Shown here: in pieces, positions 1-13,300 of the stretch | Position numbering within the stretch: position 1 is the first letter of the stretch | Layout: every line of letters starts with the position of its first letter | Assembly: GCA_951406725.2 (NCBI GenBank) | Contig: OX597822.1 | Span: 9,114,001 to 9,178,000 of the forward strand | Length of the DNA stretch: 64,000 bases | Source of the DNA: Octopus vulgaris | Lineage: Eukaryota | Reading direction: 5' to 3' | Program-made: the position numbers and the translations under genes | Notes under the pieces: model-generated | Seen by the model: the letters and a program-made list of their open reading frames with translations, nothing else | Databases searched by the model: none | Told to the model about the DNA's origin: nothing

Positions 1-614
1 CAAATCGATTAAATGGACAAATAACCGTAAAGAAAACACATTAAGAATGTCACTCACAGAAATAGAAATAAAATGAAATGTTCCAACTAATAGAAGAGTA
101 GAGTAACTAAAGCAGTGATGTAGAAAACATAAAAATCAACATGAAATATTTCTAAGGATTTTCAAAATAAACAGCCTCAGTACGTCGTAAAATAATGTCA
201 TTGCTTGGAGCGACGAAGATCATTTACTACAGACGCGCAAAACATATGTGAAATATCTACGTTATGCATCCTTCTCCTGCCAAAAAGTTAATAATTTAAT
301 TTAATATGATATAATGTTTAATAGTGTTCTTATCATAACCACCATGTGCCGAAAAGATCCAACATAATCATAACCCACGAATGTTAAAATATTAAGGGCT
401 GTGACTAAAAGAATAATTAAAGAAATCAAATAAACGCATAAATATATTTAGGTTTCCTCTCACTAAGGAGAGAAAACTATACATATGGAGTCTGAAAAAC
501 GTTTCACTACCTTCAAATACAAACCTAACCAATCAACTAGGGAAAATTCAACACAGTTTTCATTACACTACCGTTATAGCGGAACTTGTATTCTTCAAAA
601 CAGTGACTATACAC

Positions 615-615
<1 letters not shown>

Positions 616-683
<68 letters not shown>
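616..683. repeat. (TTA)n microsatellite
   Basis: Perfect ATT run; source of poly-Ile ORF 485..715. Confidence 0.95.
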
Positions 684-685
<2 letters not shown>

Positions 686-820
686 AGAAATATTAAAATT
701 ACTAAGTCTCTCTAAAGGAGATTACGGCAGCGTTACTGGATATTAATAGTTATCGCCATACTAATATGGCAGTCTATAAATAAGACTAAAGCTGTCGCTG
801 ATTAGCTATATGACACACGA
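684..820 (-). mobile_element. Fragment of the ~363-bp HHR-bearing unit at 39070-39443, spanning the unit's end-to-start junction
   Basis: Reverse complement matches ~39332-39443 followed directly by ~39081-39138. Confidence 0.8.
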
Positions 821-829
821 ACAATGATC

Positions 830-952
830 AAACCTTGCTATATTGTCGTGGCGTCCCTTATATTCCTTCTGGGCTAACGGCATACATTGGCTGGTAATAT
901 GCCATACGGTTTCACCATTTTGTCCGCACTTATCACTTATCACTTTCTGATG

Positions 953-986
<34 letters not shown>

Positions 987-1990
987 GACGATGATGATGA
1001 TGATCATCATCAATATTTTTTTTTATTTGCAATTGCACAGCTTCTAATTCTGGATATGTACTACGGTTCCAGCTGTTCACTACCAGTGAACTAAGGTAAC
1101 ATCTCTTATTTTTCGAACACCTTCCGGAGTATTCGAGCGGTTCCAAGCAGTGATCCACCCATATTGCAAGTGCTCCACCCCCATTGCAGCCCCTATTTGT
1201 CTCACGTACTCTTCGAGAGTTTTTCTCACTGTTCCCAAGGCACCGACAATTATTGGCATTGCTGTTACCTTTTTCATCGACCACATCTGCTTAACTTCCC
1301 AAGCTAACCTGTCATATCTCTCGACTTTTCTTTCTTCCTTAAGGCATACCTTGTTGTCAACTAGGCATGCTATATCTATGAACCAGCATAGTTTATTTTC
1401 TTTCTCAATTAAGACTATATCTGGCTTCCTATTCTCTATCTCATGGTGGCACTGAATCATAAAATCTCATAGGACCATTGCATTTCTATTTTCGACGATG
1501 CCTTCAGGACTGTGGTCGTACCAATTTTTATTCTGTCAAGTCCATACTTCTTTCAAAGTGTCCAATGAACAAGCCTTGTTATATTGTAGTAGCGTCCCTT
1601 ATATTCCTTCTGGGTTAGTGGCGTACATTGGCTGGTAATATGCCATACAGTTTCACCCTTTTGTCCACACTTATCACTTATCACTTTCTGATGTGTTGTC
1701 TATTGTGTATTTTATGTAGTTTGTTCTTAGTGCTTGCTCTTGGACAGCACAGATTAGAGCCTCCGTTTCCGATTTTAAATCAATTTTTCTCATCCACAGC
1801 CACTTTTTTCTCCGTTTGTCTTATTTTTAACATCCCTATGAAATTGTCCATGCATTCTTTTCTTTACCCACCTATTTTCAGTTTCATTCGTTTTCAATTT
1901 CTTGTATGGTGCTTTATCTTTGCAATCTTTCATCCTACCCATAGCCTGACCTTCTTACTTCTAATAATATCGGTTCTGTGGCATTTTTTA
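830..1990 (-). mobile_element. Decayed RLE-type non-LTR retrotransposon (R4/Dong-like): CCHC knuckle plus PD-(D/E)xK endonuclease
   Basis: ORF 1080..1460 has RKPDIVLIEK..IDIAC..Y..LA.EV..W..PIIVGALG; 1575-1690 encodes C..CGQKGETVWHITSQC; the knuckle segment recurs at 830-950. Confidence 0.85.
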
Positions 1991-2012
1991 CATGGAGATT
2001 TTACTAAAAGTT

Positions 2013-2044
2013 CATTATTATTATTATCATTATTATTATTATTA

Positions 2045-2111
<67 letters not shown>
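2013..2111. repeat. (TTA)n microsatellite
   Basis: Direct. Confidence 0.95.
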
Positions 2112-2112
<1 letters not shown>

Positions 2113-2670
2113 TAGTGAGTGAGAGAGCAGTTCATGCCATCAAAGTGACACTGGGGTAAAATATACGAAGCCCAATATACCCATCATGACTACCCGTCTG
2201 ATAAAGGTACACCAGGCACATGCATCACAACCATATGTGCGCGACATGGTGATCTCATATCAAGATAAACAGCACATGACCTTGCAGGTGGGGCCCAGTT
2301 AGAATTTTCTTCAGGTTGAGTAGCCCATCCCGCTCAAAAGGTCCCTGAATAAGGGTTGTTTAAGGATGTTGAAAGAACCACCCATGTTTCCAGAGGTGAA
2401 CTATTCAAACCCCAAAGAATCCCTCTCAACACATGGCTATGATGCTCCCCACTACTTCTGCTCGTGATCAGAGATGCACATATCGTCAGCCACTAAAGGA
2501 CATGCTCAACTGGTTATGGTCAAACAACTGACAAGCAAATCTGTGGTATTGAGCAGAATATTTGCTGTAGCCCATCTTTTATACCAAGACAAAACAATGT
2601 ACATGATAACACTTCCAATCAGTTAAGATCAGAAGCCATGAGAGCCACTGCCTGGTACTGCATCAGGGCA
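2113..2670 (-). mobile_element. ~560-bp non-coding retroposon embedded in (TAA)n
   Basis: Flanked by TTA tracts on both sides; its terminal ~47 bp recur alone inside (TAA)n at 29393-29439. Confidence 0.75.
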
Positions 2671-2699
2671 TTATTATTATTATAATTATCATTATTATT

Positions 2700-2741
<42 letters not shown>

Positions 2742-2744
2742 ATT

Positions 2745-3270
2745 ATTTACTTTTAATCTGCATTTCTATTACAGTCACTTGCCGAGACACATCCAGCGGC
2801 GTGATGCGAGTGAAGGATAAGAGATGTTACCGTACGACGGAAAACTTAGCGAGGGGGAGTGCCAGGGGCAGTAGTGAAATGCGTTCATGTAGTACAACAG
2901 GGGTTTAAATGGATGAGGTATTTCTAATGATGTGGGCAGTACTTGTCAGCACAATCTTTGGAATTTCACTGAGACACAGTTCTCCTGGGATCTTATCTCG
3001 ATGTTTCTGACATCCCCTTTTTTTATCATGCCTGGGAACCGACTATAACAGGTACAGTTCTCGATTTAAGATGCCACATCTTTTGCATTTCAATTTCCAG
3101 ATCCCTATATTTACATAATTTGTCAAATTCCTTTACAAATATATTTTCATCAGTGGGAACACATGCATCTATTTGTCTACATCTATTAGTAATTAAGTTT
3201 GGTTGATTAGCCTGGTACGTTCTCTCAGTGTTGACTGGAAAATCCCAGATATTGTCATATTTTTACCTTC
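2745..3270 (-). mobile_element. Second R4/Dong-like RLE 3' fragment
   Basis: Minus-strand translation IDACVPTDENIFVKEFDKLCKYRDLEIEMQKMWHLKSRTVPVIVG; flanked by TTA/TTG repeats. Confidence 0.75.
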
Positions 3271-3599
3271 CATTATTATTATTATTGTAGTTGTTGTTGT
3301 CGTTGGATGCAACCGCACAGCTTATTTTGCTGGGTATGGTGGACAGTGACAGCTGTCCATAGCCAGCAGACTAAGGTGACACTTGTTTATTGGTCATGCT
3401 TCAACCCTACGAAGTTCCAAGCAATGCTGATTTTTGTAAGTATACAACTTTTGCATTTGTACCAATCTTTTTAATCTATGATACTTCCAAGTGTGCCCAT
3501 TACTATTGGTACCACGTCTACTCTCCCTATTGACCACAAGCATTCTATTTAAAATCGTCATAATCGTTATAACGAGCAATTATGACGATTTGAAGTATT

Positions 3600-4160
3600 T
3601 CCTACTGCAAATCATCATAATTGTTCGGTTTTTCGTTTTTTCTCTTTGATTCGGTTGCGACTGGGACATGCTATATCGATTATCATGCATGTTCTTTTTT
3701 TCCACCACAACGATTTCCGATGTTTAGTCAAGCGATCACACTGAATCCTTGCATCCCACAAGAGTTTTCAATTTTCATACTCGATGACGCCTTCTGAGGT
3801 GTGTTCATACCACGTCCTTGCTCTTTGTAGGGCGTGGTGTCCACAAAACTCCAAAACAGATCATTCTTCTTATTATTATTATATGAGTATTGCATTACTA
3901 AATGTAACCGTAGTTGTCCACAAGTTTTCAGTAGTCTTTCAAGTGCTTAGAACCCTCCTGATAATCCTTGCTCTCCCTAAAAGACAAACTTTCTGTAGGA
4001 GCTCAGCAGGACACTCTATCCCAATCTCCTTCAGCCATTTGTCTATATATTTGCCTATTTTTCCCAGTGCCCCAATTATCATAGGCACGACCTTTACAAT
4101 TTTCATACTTTAAATTCTTCTTATTTCAAATTATAAAGGATTATATTTTTTTCGTCTTCT
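3600..4160 (-). mobile_element. Further RLE-type LINE fragments
   Basis: Minus-strand remnants KLLWDARIQCD and KIVKVVPMIIGALGKI..LLQKVCLLGRARIIRRVL. Confidence 0.6.
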
Positions 4161-6209
4161 TCTTTACGATCCTGGAATCAAGCGAGCAGATATTCCTGTG
4201 ATTTCTATTCGCTGTCATATGCTCAAAAAAACCCTCTGATGATTTTTTACTCTTCCAACAGGTAAACCTTCGGTGGAAGCTATGCAGGAGTTTTCATCCT
4301 TGCTCCTTGTATCCATTTGCCAATTTCATCACTCAAAGTCTTTGATGCATCATTTACCGTAGGTTCAATAATTACTGATTTTTTGTTTAAAATTTCGCAA
4401 TCACAAATTTTAAGGGGTTCTAATTATCCAAATTTTCATCTGCTTTCCTCACAATTCTAATTTCAAATGGACATGATAGACCGATTAGTTTTTTGGCTTA
4501 TTATGTTTTATCTTTTTTATCCGTTTGAATGGACAAATTCCACCTGTTCAACAACTTCAGCTCTAGATATAAATGCGGCAGCCAGCAGCGTGATCAAAGT
4601 TTCTGAGCGACGAAGTTTCTCGCTCATTTTCTTTCGACACAAATAAGCATATTTAAATCGACTGGAATTAGGAGGTGTAATAGTTCTGCTGTTTCAGAAG
4701 GGTCCAGTTTTGATGGTACTTAATGGCTCCAGGAGATAAGTTCGTAGTCCTGTATGTGAGCGGCAACAAAGCGGGTGCCTTCAGACTTGCAGCTGTCTAA
4801 ACGTCAACAGGAGCAGAACAACGAGGTTTCTTCAGACATACAGACGTCCTTTGAACGTCCTGTTCTGAAATTCTAGTTAAACCAGTTGCTATTTCTAGTA
4901 GGTGGAGTGAACTTGTAAAAGCCCTCTTGGTGGTACTTGTTCTTTGAGAATGTAATGTGTAGGTTGGAAGGGCTGACGGATGTATCAACACTAGGCTGGT
5001 ATTTATTTGCAATTGTATAGACTAAATGAATGTGAAATATAACGCCTTACTCAAAAGCAAAATGCGGCAATCCTATGCAGAACTTGAACCTTCGTTCGAG
5101 ATCCCAACCTCCTAATCACGAGACCGTACACCTTCGCATAAAATAGTACCATTTGTACATGGTGGAGTTTATTCTGTCTTGACACTTCAGTATGACTTTA
5201 TAGCTCAAAACCAAATCACCACTCTGACTGTATGCTCTCCATTACTTCAAACGCTATTAAACATTACTCGTGAACAGTTTTGAACTAAAGTTAAATGTTA
5301 ATAATGCCAATACATTTTTGTTTGTTTTATTTGTTCAGATTCATTTTATTTATTTACTCTATAAAAGAGAAATGAGATTTATAGATAAAAGGAAATATCT
5401 GAGAGATCACTAGAATACTGTCCATTTGTGGTGTTTCATAGGTCAATCATAAAGTAGATTCCTACGTAGATCGCTTTTGTTGGTGTATTTTGAAGTATAT
5501 CCTGCCATAAATGCACTTATACATAGTTGTAATGGCGTGAATATTTTAGCTTAATGAAAACCGATACAGAATATTTGTTTTAGGAAATGACTGGCTTTAG
5601 TTGTAAATGCTGTGCTTCTTTACGACTCAGTATTTAAGAGATCTGACCAATTTAGTTATTCTTCCATGTACGTTTTCATGCTGTCATCTCTATTATATAT
5701 CGAGAGAATTCTACTTTGAAAACCAATTTGCAAAGGTTATTTTGCTTATTTGAAAGAATTCCTTTATATGTATTGTCTGTAATTCAAACATTTTATTGGT
5801 AAGAATATATTTGCTTTACGTTGTGATGGCATCGTGAATATTATTCTTGGTGATAGCAAGGATAGCAATACAAGATAGGATAAATAGAGGGCTTAAACAT
5901 GACTTAAATATTTCACAAGATTCGCTACAAAGATACCCAGGCGAGAAAATCAAATATTGTCAGTCATAAATGTTAGATCCAATACTTTTTATCGGGAGCC
6001 GAATGGAAGCCAAATTTTGGACTCCATTCATTAGGATTCCCCACCTCCCTCTGTGATTGTGGGGGATTTCGATACAGCATTTTTCTCTCTCTCTTGGAAA
6101 CGTATACGTATTTAATGTATTGTTGTCATTTAGCCCCAAGTAATTTCTGATTAAATATATCTGTAACCAAAGAAATTCCTAACTCATGTTTTTATATATT
6201 TAGGACTAC

Positions 6210-6330
<121 letters not shown>

Positions 6331-6344
6331 GCACGAATGCCTTA

Positions 6345-6495
6345 TTTAAATTGCTGTCATCTGTGTCTACTCACAAGGCTTTTTTCGGTCCGAGGCTATA
6401 GTAAAAGACACTTGCCCATGGTGCCACGCAGTTGTACTAAATCCAGAATCATGCCGTTCAGAAGCAAGCTTCTTACCACACGGCCACGCCTGCAG
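6345..6495 (-). mobile_element. Diverged 5' half of SINE family A
   Basis: Similar to 33994-34160 (gacacttgccca, cttaccacac). Confidence 0.7.
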
Positions 6496-6539
6496 CAAAA
6501 GCGTAATTATTAATTGACGAACATCTACCACTTAGTTCT

Positions 6540-7110
6540 GCGAAAGCAGATGGGTTTTATTTTGGGAACTGCGTCAGATCACACACTGACGTTTATTTAT
6601 TCCAAAACTGCTAGGGTGTGGTTTACGACCTTCTGCTTTGGGTTTTATTCTAGAAACTTTCAGCATTTCAAACGACTTGGGGAAGCTTCTTTTCGAAACT
6701 GACGTATCTCGGGGAAGATCTTGCCATGAGTTTAGTTTCATCCTGCACTCTTTCTTTACGTCTTTGAATCGTTTACAAGGCACATTGAGCCTCCGTTCTC
6801 TATTTTGCAAGCTAAAGACGGTTTACCTCCAGCGGTCTACCAGTCTTTCATTTGATGTCACACCCAGCCCAATACAGCCGGATTTGTTTGAAGCTGGCCA
6901 AGAAACTGACTGCATTGGCATGCCTGAGAACATTTGTATGGGGAAATCTTACTTATTACTTTAATCTGAAATCAACCATAGGCAAGCCATATAGAAATGT
7001 TTAAACTCTTTAGCACGCGGTTTTTATACTGTCGAAATTTCAGCAACATTGAGGAGAGTAGGAAGGATAACAGCATTGTAACCATTAATTTGATATGAGT
7101 ACGAAAGCCT
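6540..7110 (-). mobile_element. Decayed RTE-clade LINE, post-RT region
   Basis: Remnant peptides KLMVYNAVILPTLL, IRLYWAG, KRFKD across frameshifts. Confidence 0.6.
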
Positions 7111-7132
7111 GGACTGTCCCGTCATTTCTATC

Positions 7133-7163
<31 letters not shown>

Positions 7164-7169
7164 CTTCTT

Positions 7170-7201
<32 letters not shown>

Positions 7202-7335
7202 AGCATTCACCCGGGGTGGGTTGAGCTGGCTTCATTCATACTCAATGCTGCATCTGTCACAAACGCCGACCAGGCCTGGTCGGCGTTTGTGAGAGATGCA
7301 GCATTGAGGATGAATGAAGCCAGCTCAACCCTCCC
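7133..7335. repeat. (CTT)n tract followed by a near-perfect ~114-bp palindrome (7218-7331)
   Basis: Arms centred on CAGG|CCTG, two mismatches, no spacer. Confidence 0.9.
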
Positions 7336-8006
7336 AATATTCCTCGTGTATATCACTTCTATCACAGTTTTCCAAGACTGCACACATCAGCTCAGTCCTA
7401 TTTTAAACAATGCTGTTCCTTTTAACATTGGTGTATATCTAAGCTTTTTAACTCCAGACGACTGCTAATTTTTTTTAATTTAATTTTATTTCTATTATAA
7501 ATACGTCAAATTGATTTGTTAACACCAATGCTTAATACTTGCCATTACAAATACTCTATGGATGCTGGTGTATGGATGGATGGATAGATGGATTTAACGT
7601 GAGAATTGAAATAAATATATACGCCTTTGTTTTTACGACATTCTTATTAACAACCGATTCTGAAAGACTGCCTGTGTAATTGTGCACTGGAAAAAAAATT
7701 TCTCTCTATACAACATGTGTGTAGAAAAATAAGGTCGAACCGAGATTTAAGTAACATTAATGACCTTCCAGATATGGTGTTTCGGTGTAATATTGCCTCC
7801 TGTGTGGCAGATACGGCCTCAGTCACTTACTGCTAAAATGGAACTCCTCTTGGACAAACCACAGATGAAAAGTCCCGCACCGAAAGCGTTTCTCGTTTTC
7901 ATGTACAAAAACGTGCAAATATATGAAAATACATACACACACGTACACAAACGCATTCAACATGTAAATATCCTTAAAAGATTATACATGTAAACGTATA
8001 TATACG

Positions 8007-8060
<54 letters not shown>

Positions 8061-8280
8061 AGTAGGTGAATGAATTATCCTATGTTTATCGTCAGCATTG
8101 AAAATTCGTTTAACAGAAACCAGGGTAGCAAATTCACGCCAGAAAACACGTGATGAGAAGATTGCATAATGCACCCTTTATTCCTTCGGAATGAAAATAT
8201 GCTGTCTTCGAAACATGTGTCGAGAGTAAAGGAATTTTGTTATCATCTTCGTTCGACTCCTTTCTTTCATTTATTCATAT
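8061..8280. mobile_element. Short derivative of the 18421-19925 PLE family with a degenerate HHR
   Basis: Left part resembles 18421-18510, right part resembles 19800-19925; gTGATGA-gaaga..tcttc-GAAACATGTGTC. Confidence 0.55.
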
Positions 8281-8781
8281 ATATGTGTGTGTGTGTATGT
8301 GTGTGTGTATGTGGGTGGGTGTGCGTGTGTGTGTATGTATAATCTTTAAAGGGTATTTATATACTGAATAATATCGGTGGCTGTGAATCTGCACTGAAGG
8401 CAATTGTTTATGCCAGACTTTATTCAAAATACTATAATTTATGCAATGGATACATTTCCCCATATAATCTTAGATTTACACACCACACAAAAGCACATGC
8501 ATATACGATCCATCCCCATATATTCGTATGTGTATACATACAGATATGTACTTGTATATGTGCATGATGGCATAATGTGCATACATACATATATATATAT
8601 ATATATACATATGTGTGTGCGTGTGTATGTCTATATATATATACACACATATTCTATATATGTATATACATTTACATAATACATATTATATATACATATA
8701 TATATAATATACACGTATATATATATAATTTTGTATGTGTATATCCATATATAAACATCTCACTCGCTCTCTGTCTCTCTT

Positions 8782-8826
<45 letters not shown>

Positions 8827-9639
8827 TTATAAGGCACTCATATATATATACATATGTATGTATATATATTTACACCTGCATATACTATAATACATATTCC
8901 TAAGCACACACAGGCAACACACACACACAAAGACACACACACACACACATACAGAGACACTGGCACACAACATTTGCGAGATAACAAAAATGGTAGACGA
9001 GAAGCAAAATCTATCTCTATTCAACCGAAAACTTTCTAATTATAGAGACAATTCCACAGACTTGAAAGTGAAACATGATAATTTAATAACATCAAATTTA
9101 TCACTTTACTGCTTTATACTCACCTATATTGATGCTTGGCCTGAAGTATCTCCACGATTTAGTAAATTCTTTGTTTGGTTTAATTCTTTTGTTTAATCTT
9201 TATGCTTTTGTTATGGTGCTTTTATTTTCTTAACTACTAATGTTGTTTTTCAGGAATATATATTTGTAGTTTTCTTTCGAATTTTTTTTTCTGGTTATTC
9301 TGTTTTTACACTATTAAGTGTTACTTTCTATTTCTTTTCAAATTGGATTTATGCTGACTACTTGTGTTGCGAGAAATATAATTTACGAAGGAACGAAATA
9401 TCTATTGGGCATTTTTCATGTAAAGAAATTGAGTGAATACACTTACTGATAGACACAAGCACACACATATATACATGTACACCCACATGTATTGATAGAG
9501 AGGTAGACAGAAAGGGAGAGATGAAAAGTTGGAGAGATTAGATGATAGATGGAAAAAGAGTGAAGTTAAAATATACACAATTAGAGTGTAGAGAGACGCA
9601 CACATAGACAGATATATAGACAGATTAGTAGATAGACAG

Positions 9640-9641
9640 AT

Positions 9642-9698
<57 letters not shown>

Positions 9699-9863
9699 GA
9701 GATAGATAGATAGAGAGAGAGACAGATAGATAGATAGGTAGGTAGGTACGTAGGTAGGTAGATACATACATACATACATACATACATACATACATACATA
9801 CATACATACATACATACATACATACATACATACATACATACATACATACATACATACATACAT
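9640..9863. repeat. (GATA)n/(TACA)n compound microsatellite
   Basis: Direct. Confidence 0.95.
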
Positions 9864-10209
9864 AGATTATTTCTCTTTTCTAGTACATGCGTATCGCGGT
9901 GCGTGAGATAGTAGAACTGTGTCACAGGCAGATCGATTTATCCTAGCACTTGCGACTTTCGATGTCTGACAAATCCAGGAATCTTCCACAGGCGTTGCTC
10001 TTTATATCCTATTGGGTTTTGCAGGCGCTGCACTTGAGTGGCGTCCATGGAGTGGTCACTGCAATGCAGCTTACTCTATTCGCTTTTGCTTAAGGACACC
10101 ACATCTCTACTTGATAGACTCTCTCCATGATGTACGGCTTTCAATCAATGAGTCCCAGATAACCATATCAATCTGCAAGGCTTTAAAGTTTGCCTTTTAT
10201 GACATTATT

Positions 10210-10727
10210 CTCTTCTACTCTAGGCACAATACCCGAAATTTTGGAGGGGGTGGTCGATTAGATCGACCCCAGTACGCAACTGCTGCTTAATTTATCGTCC
10301 GCGAAAGGATGATGGCAACGTCGACCTCGGCGGAATTTGAACTCAGAACGTAAAGACAGACTAAATACCTATGTCTTTACTACCCACAAGGGGCTAAACA
10401 CACAGGGGACAAACAAGACAGACAAACGGATTAAGTCGCTTACATCGACCCCAGTGCACAACTGGTACTTATTTTATCGACCCCGAAAGGAGGAAAGGCA
10501 AAGTCGACCTCGGCAGAATTTGAACTCAGAACGTAGTGGCTGACCTTATACCTATTTCTTTACTACCCACAAGGAGCTAAACAGAGAGGGGACAAACAAG
10601 GACACACAAATGGATTAGGTCGATTACATCGACCCCAGTGCACAACTGGTACTCAAAACGTAGCGGCAGACGAAATACGGCTACGCATTTCGCCCGGCGT
10701 GCTAACGTTTCTGCCAGCTCGCCGCCT
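10210..10727 (-). mobile_element. tRNA-derived SINE family B with tandemly reiterated internal unit
   Basis: Matches 27868-28105; catcgaccccagt..aactggtact unit occurs three times about 180 bp apart. Confidence 0.85.
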
Positions 10728-12779
10728 TTCTTTTATGACATTATTAAAGCACTGTTAGGTTCAGTCGGTGCCCTTAAAATAACGTACTAAGTGAGAACAG
10801 TAGATTGACCGATTGTTAAAACATTAGGCGTGATTTTTTGCTGTATTTTTTTCATGACTTTGTTTCATCACTTTTCGTCAAGAATATTTAGATATTAGAC
10901 TTAATTTGGTGCCCCGGGTTAATAACTCTAGCTCAGCTTCAATTAGATCTTGTAGAGGTCACTGTGAAACAAGCTTTCTGGGCAAGTCACTGACTTGAGG
11001 ATAAAATCATACGCTCTTCTTTAACTATCCCATTAGGATCCTGAAAACGACAAAGGTACTGGATTCACTTATTCATGGCCCTTAATAAAATCTAAATATA
11101 TTTTTTAAAAATTTTTAATGTTATGTAAACCATTTTCTGCATTAAAACTATTGTTGTAATGATCTTTCTTTATATAATTATTATTAGTTTACAGAAAGTG
11201 CAGATTTATTTTATACGAAAAAAAATAACTTGACAAAACTGTTCCTGCAAATGTGCAATGATATGGTATATATAACGGTCAGGTTATATATAAATAGCGT
11301 AATATTTTATGTTCCAATTTTTATCACATACTTTCCCATTCGATTCTACATAGAAAATTCTAATTTATTAATTAAATTTGTTATGTACTCTAACTTGTAT
11401 TTCTTGTGATTCAAGTTTTACTTTTGCTATTTCTCGTTCCTTGCGAATTCTAATTAGTTTTAATCATTCAATAAAATGTAGCTTACTTGACTATAACAGT
11501 TCAAAGAGGAATATTTTTCATCAAATCTTATCATGTTCTTTTAACTTTGGTCCTAAATGTTTATTTATTAAGATTAAGAATTTGAAAAAGAAAACAAGAC
11601 GCCGGCAGAAAAATAAATAGAAGAAAGTAAAATCAATGTTTTTAAACATTTCAAAGGAAGCCAAAAAAAAATATAGGAAAGAAAAAAAATTGCTTTCAAA
11701 CGCTCTGTAATTACGAATCTTTGATATTGAAGATAAAAATATCAATCGTGTACAGAAGTTATTTCAGTTGACTATCATTTGTTTAAGATTGCAATGTAAT
11801 TCTTCGAAATCCAGTAGGTTTTACGATACTCCACAGAAACTTTCAATCAACGCTGTTAAATATTTTTTGTAATCGAAGATTATTGAGAATCGCTGCTGGA
11901 ATCCAGATTTTTGCGTGGTAACATTCCACGTTGTAAAGATTTATTCAACGTATAACCGCTCCTGTCTAAACCCAAACTGCTTTTTCTTGTATTCTTCAAT
12001 TAATGGCATCACGAAGATGCTATAGCTGTAAGCTGCAAAATACCTTGTCTGAGGCCAGTCAGTCTGAGAAACCACACCAATTGTTCCACTCAACTGTATA
12101 TCCTTTCTTTCGACTATGATACCTCGTAGCCATTGTTGTCTAAAACCATTGCAATTGAGAGCAGCTCTTTGATATTTTGATCACTGAAGTTAGAACACCT
12201 AGACTTCTCTACGTCAGCAGCTGAAAGGACATATGGTCTACAACATCTAGTTTATTTTGGTTTTTCTTCTGAGTTTTTGGTATGTTTAAGTTCCTTGATC
12301 GCACTCTACTTTTTTCTGTCTAGATTTTCTCATTCCTGTAACTAGCTGTGGTTCAAGTAATCATCTTGATATCTGAATGCTAATTTGGGGGTAATTAGTT
12401 CAACATCATGTGAAAATGTTCTACCCAAACATATACTCTGCTTTTCATCTGTGGAGATCACTTGCAATTTTCGCTGTGTAAAGACGGAAATGAGAAACGC
12501 TGGATACTCCCACATCACCATAAGGGTTCACCAGAAATACATCGCCGCTCCATTCCTTTTGCTATTAATCGTGTCCTCTATTTTGAAAAAGGGCAGCTGA
12601 CAACAATGAATATGATATCGAAAGGAAAGATCAGAGATCGTTGGCGGATCTGGATTTTGCTGTTGCTGCATTATTAGCAGGATCCAGAAAGTGTTGACTG
12701 AAGAGGCGGAGAAAACCAAGAACCAAATTGAAAGTGAATGCAAGGTCGTCCAATGAAGTGAAAATAATTTCTCAGCGTT

Positions 12780-13300
12780 TGAAGACTAAAGGGTCAAAAA
12801 TGCGAGTCTATTAACATACCTTGGCAGTGTTAAGGGTGGTTTTGGATACACTGATATAGATATCAAATGAAGAATCGGGAAGGTATCACCAGTATTTCAG
12901 CCAAAGTACAAGGTCAAGGCTATGAACACACAAGACATCATCATTGAGATCTGCGTACATGGTATCATCGCATTACCAGTGGCTCTATATGCAAGTCAAA
13001 TGTGGAGAAACTACGAATGTTACCAAAACGTTGGATGTCTTTCACCAAAGGTGTTTGAGGTAAATCTTCGGAATTTTCACACATATCAGAATTTTCACAC
13101 AGAAACGAAGAAAACTTAAGAAGACCATCGTTGCAAAACCTCCAGTTCAGAATAATGCAGCTGTCGTATTGCAGACAAGAAAAAAACATCAGTGAGATCA
13201 TGAACAAATCGAAGACAGGAATACAAACAGAAGGACAGGAAACCTTCACGCCACATAGTGTCGAATCTTTCTGAGGTACATAAAAACTATCAACTGATCG
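12780..13300 (+). mobile_element. Decayed RTE-like LINE
   Basis: IIALPVALYASQMW..LDVFHQRCLR remnant. Confidence 0.55.

Noticed and set aside
2150-2345. Possible HDV-like ribozyme in the TAA-targeted element
   Set aside because: Only partial P1/P3 pairing found by eye; no catalytic C junction located
3327-3369. Short hairpin tgctgg..tggacag/ctgtcca..ccagca
   Set aside because: Small, imperfect and without supporting context
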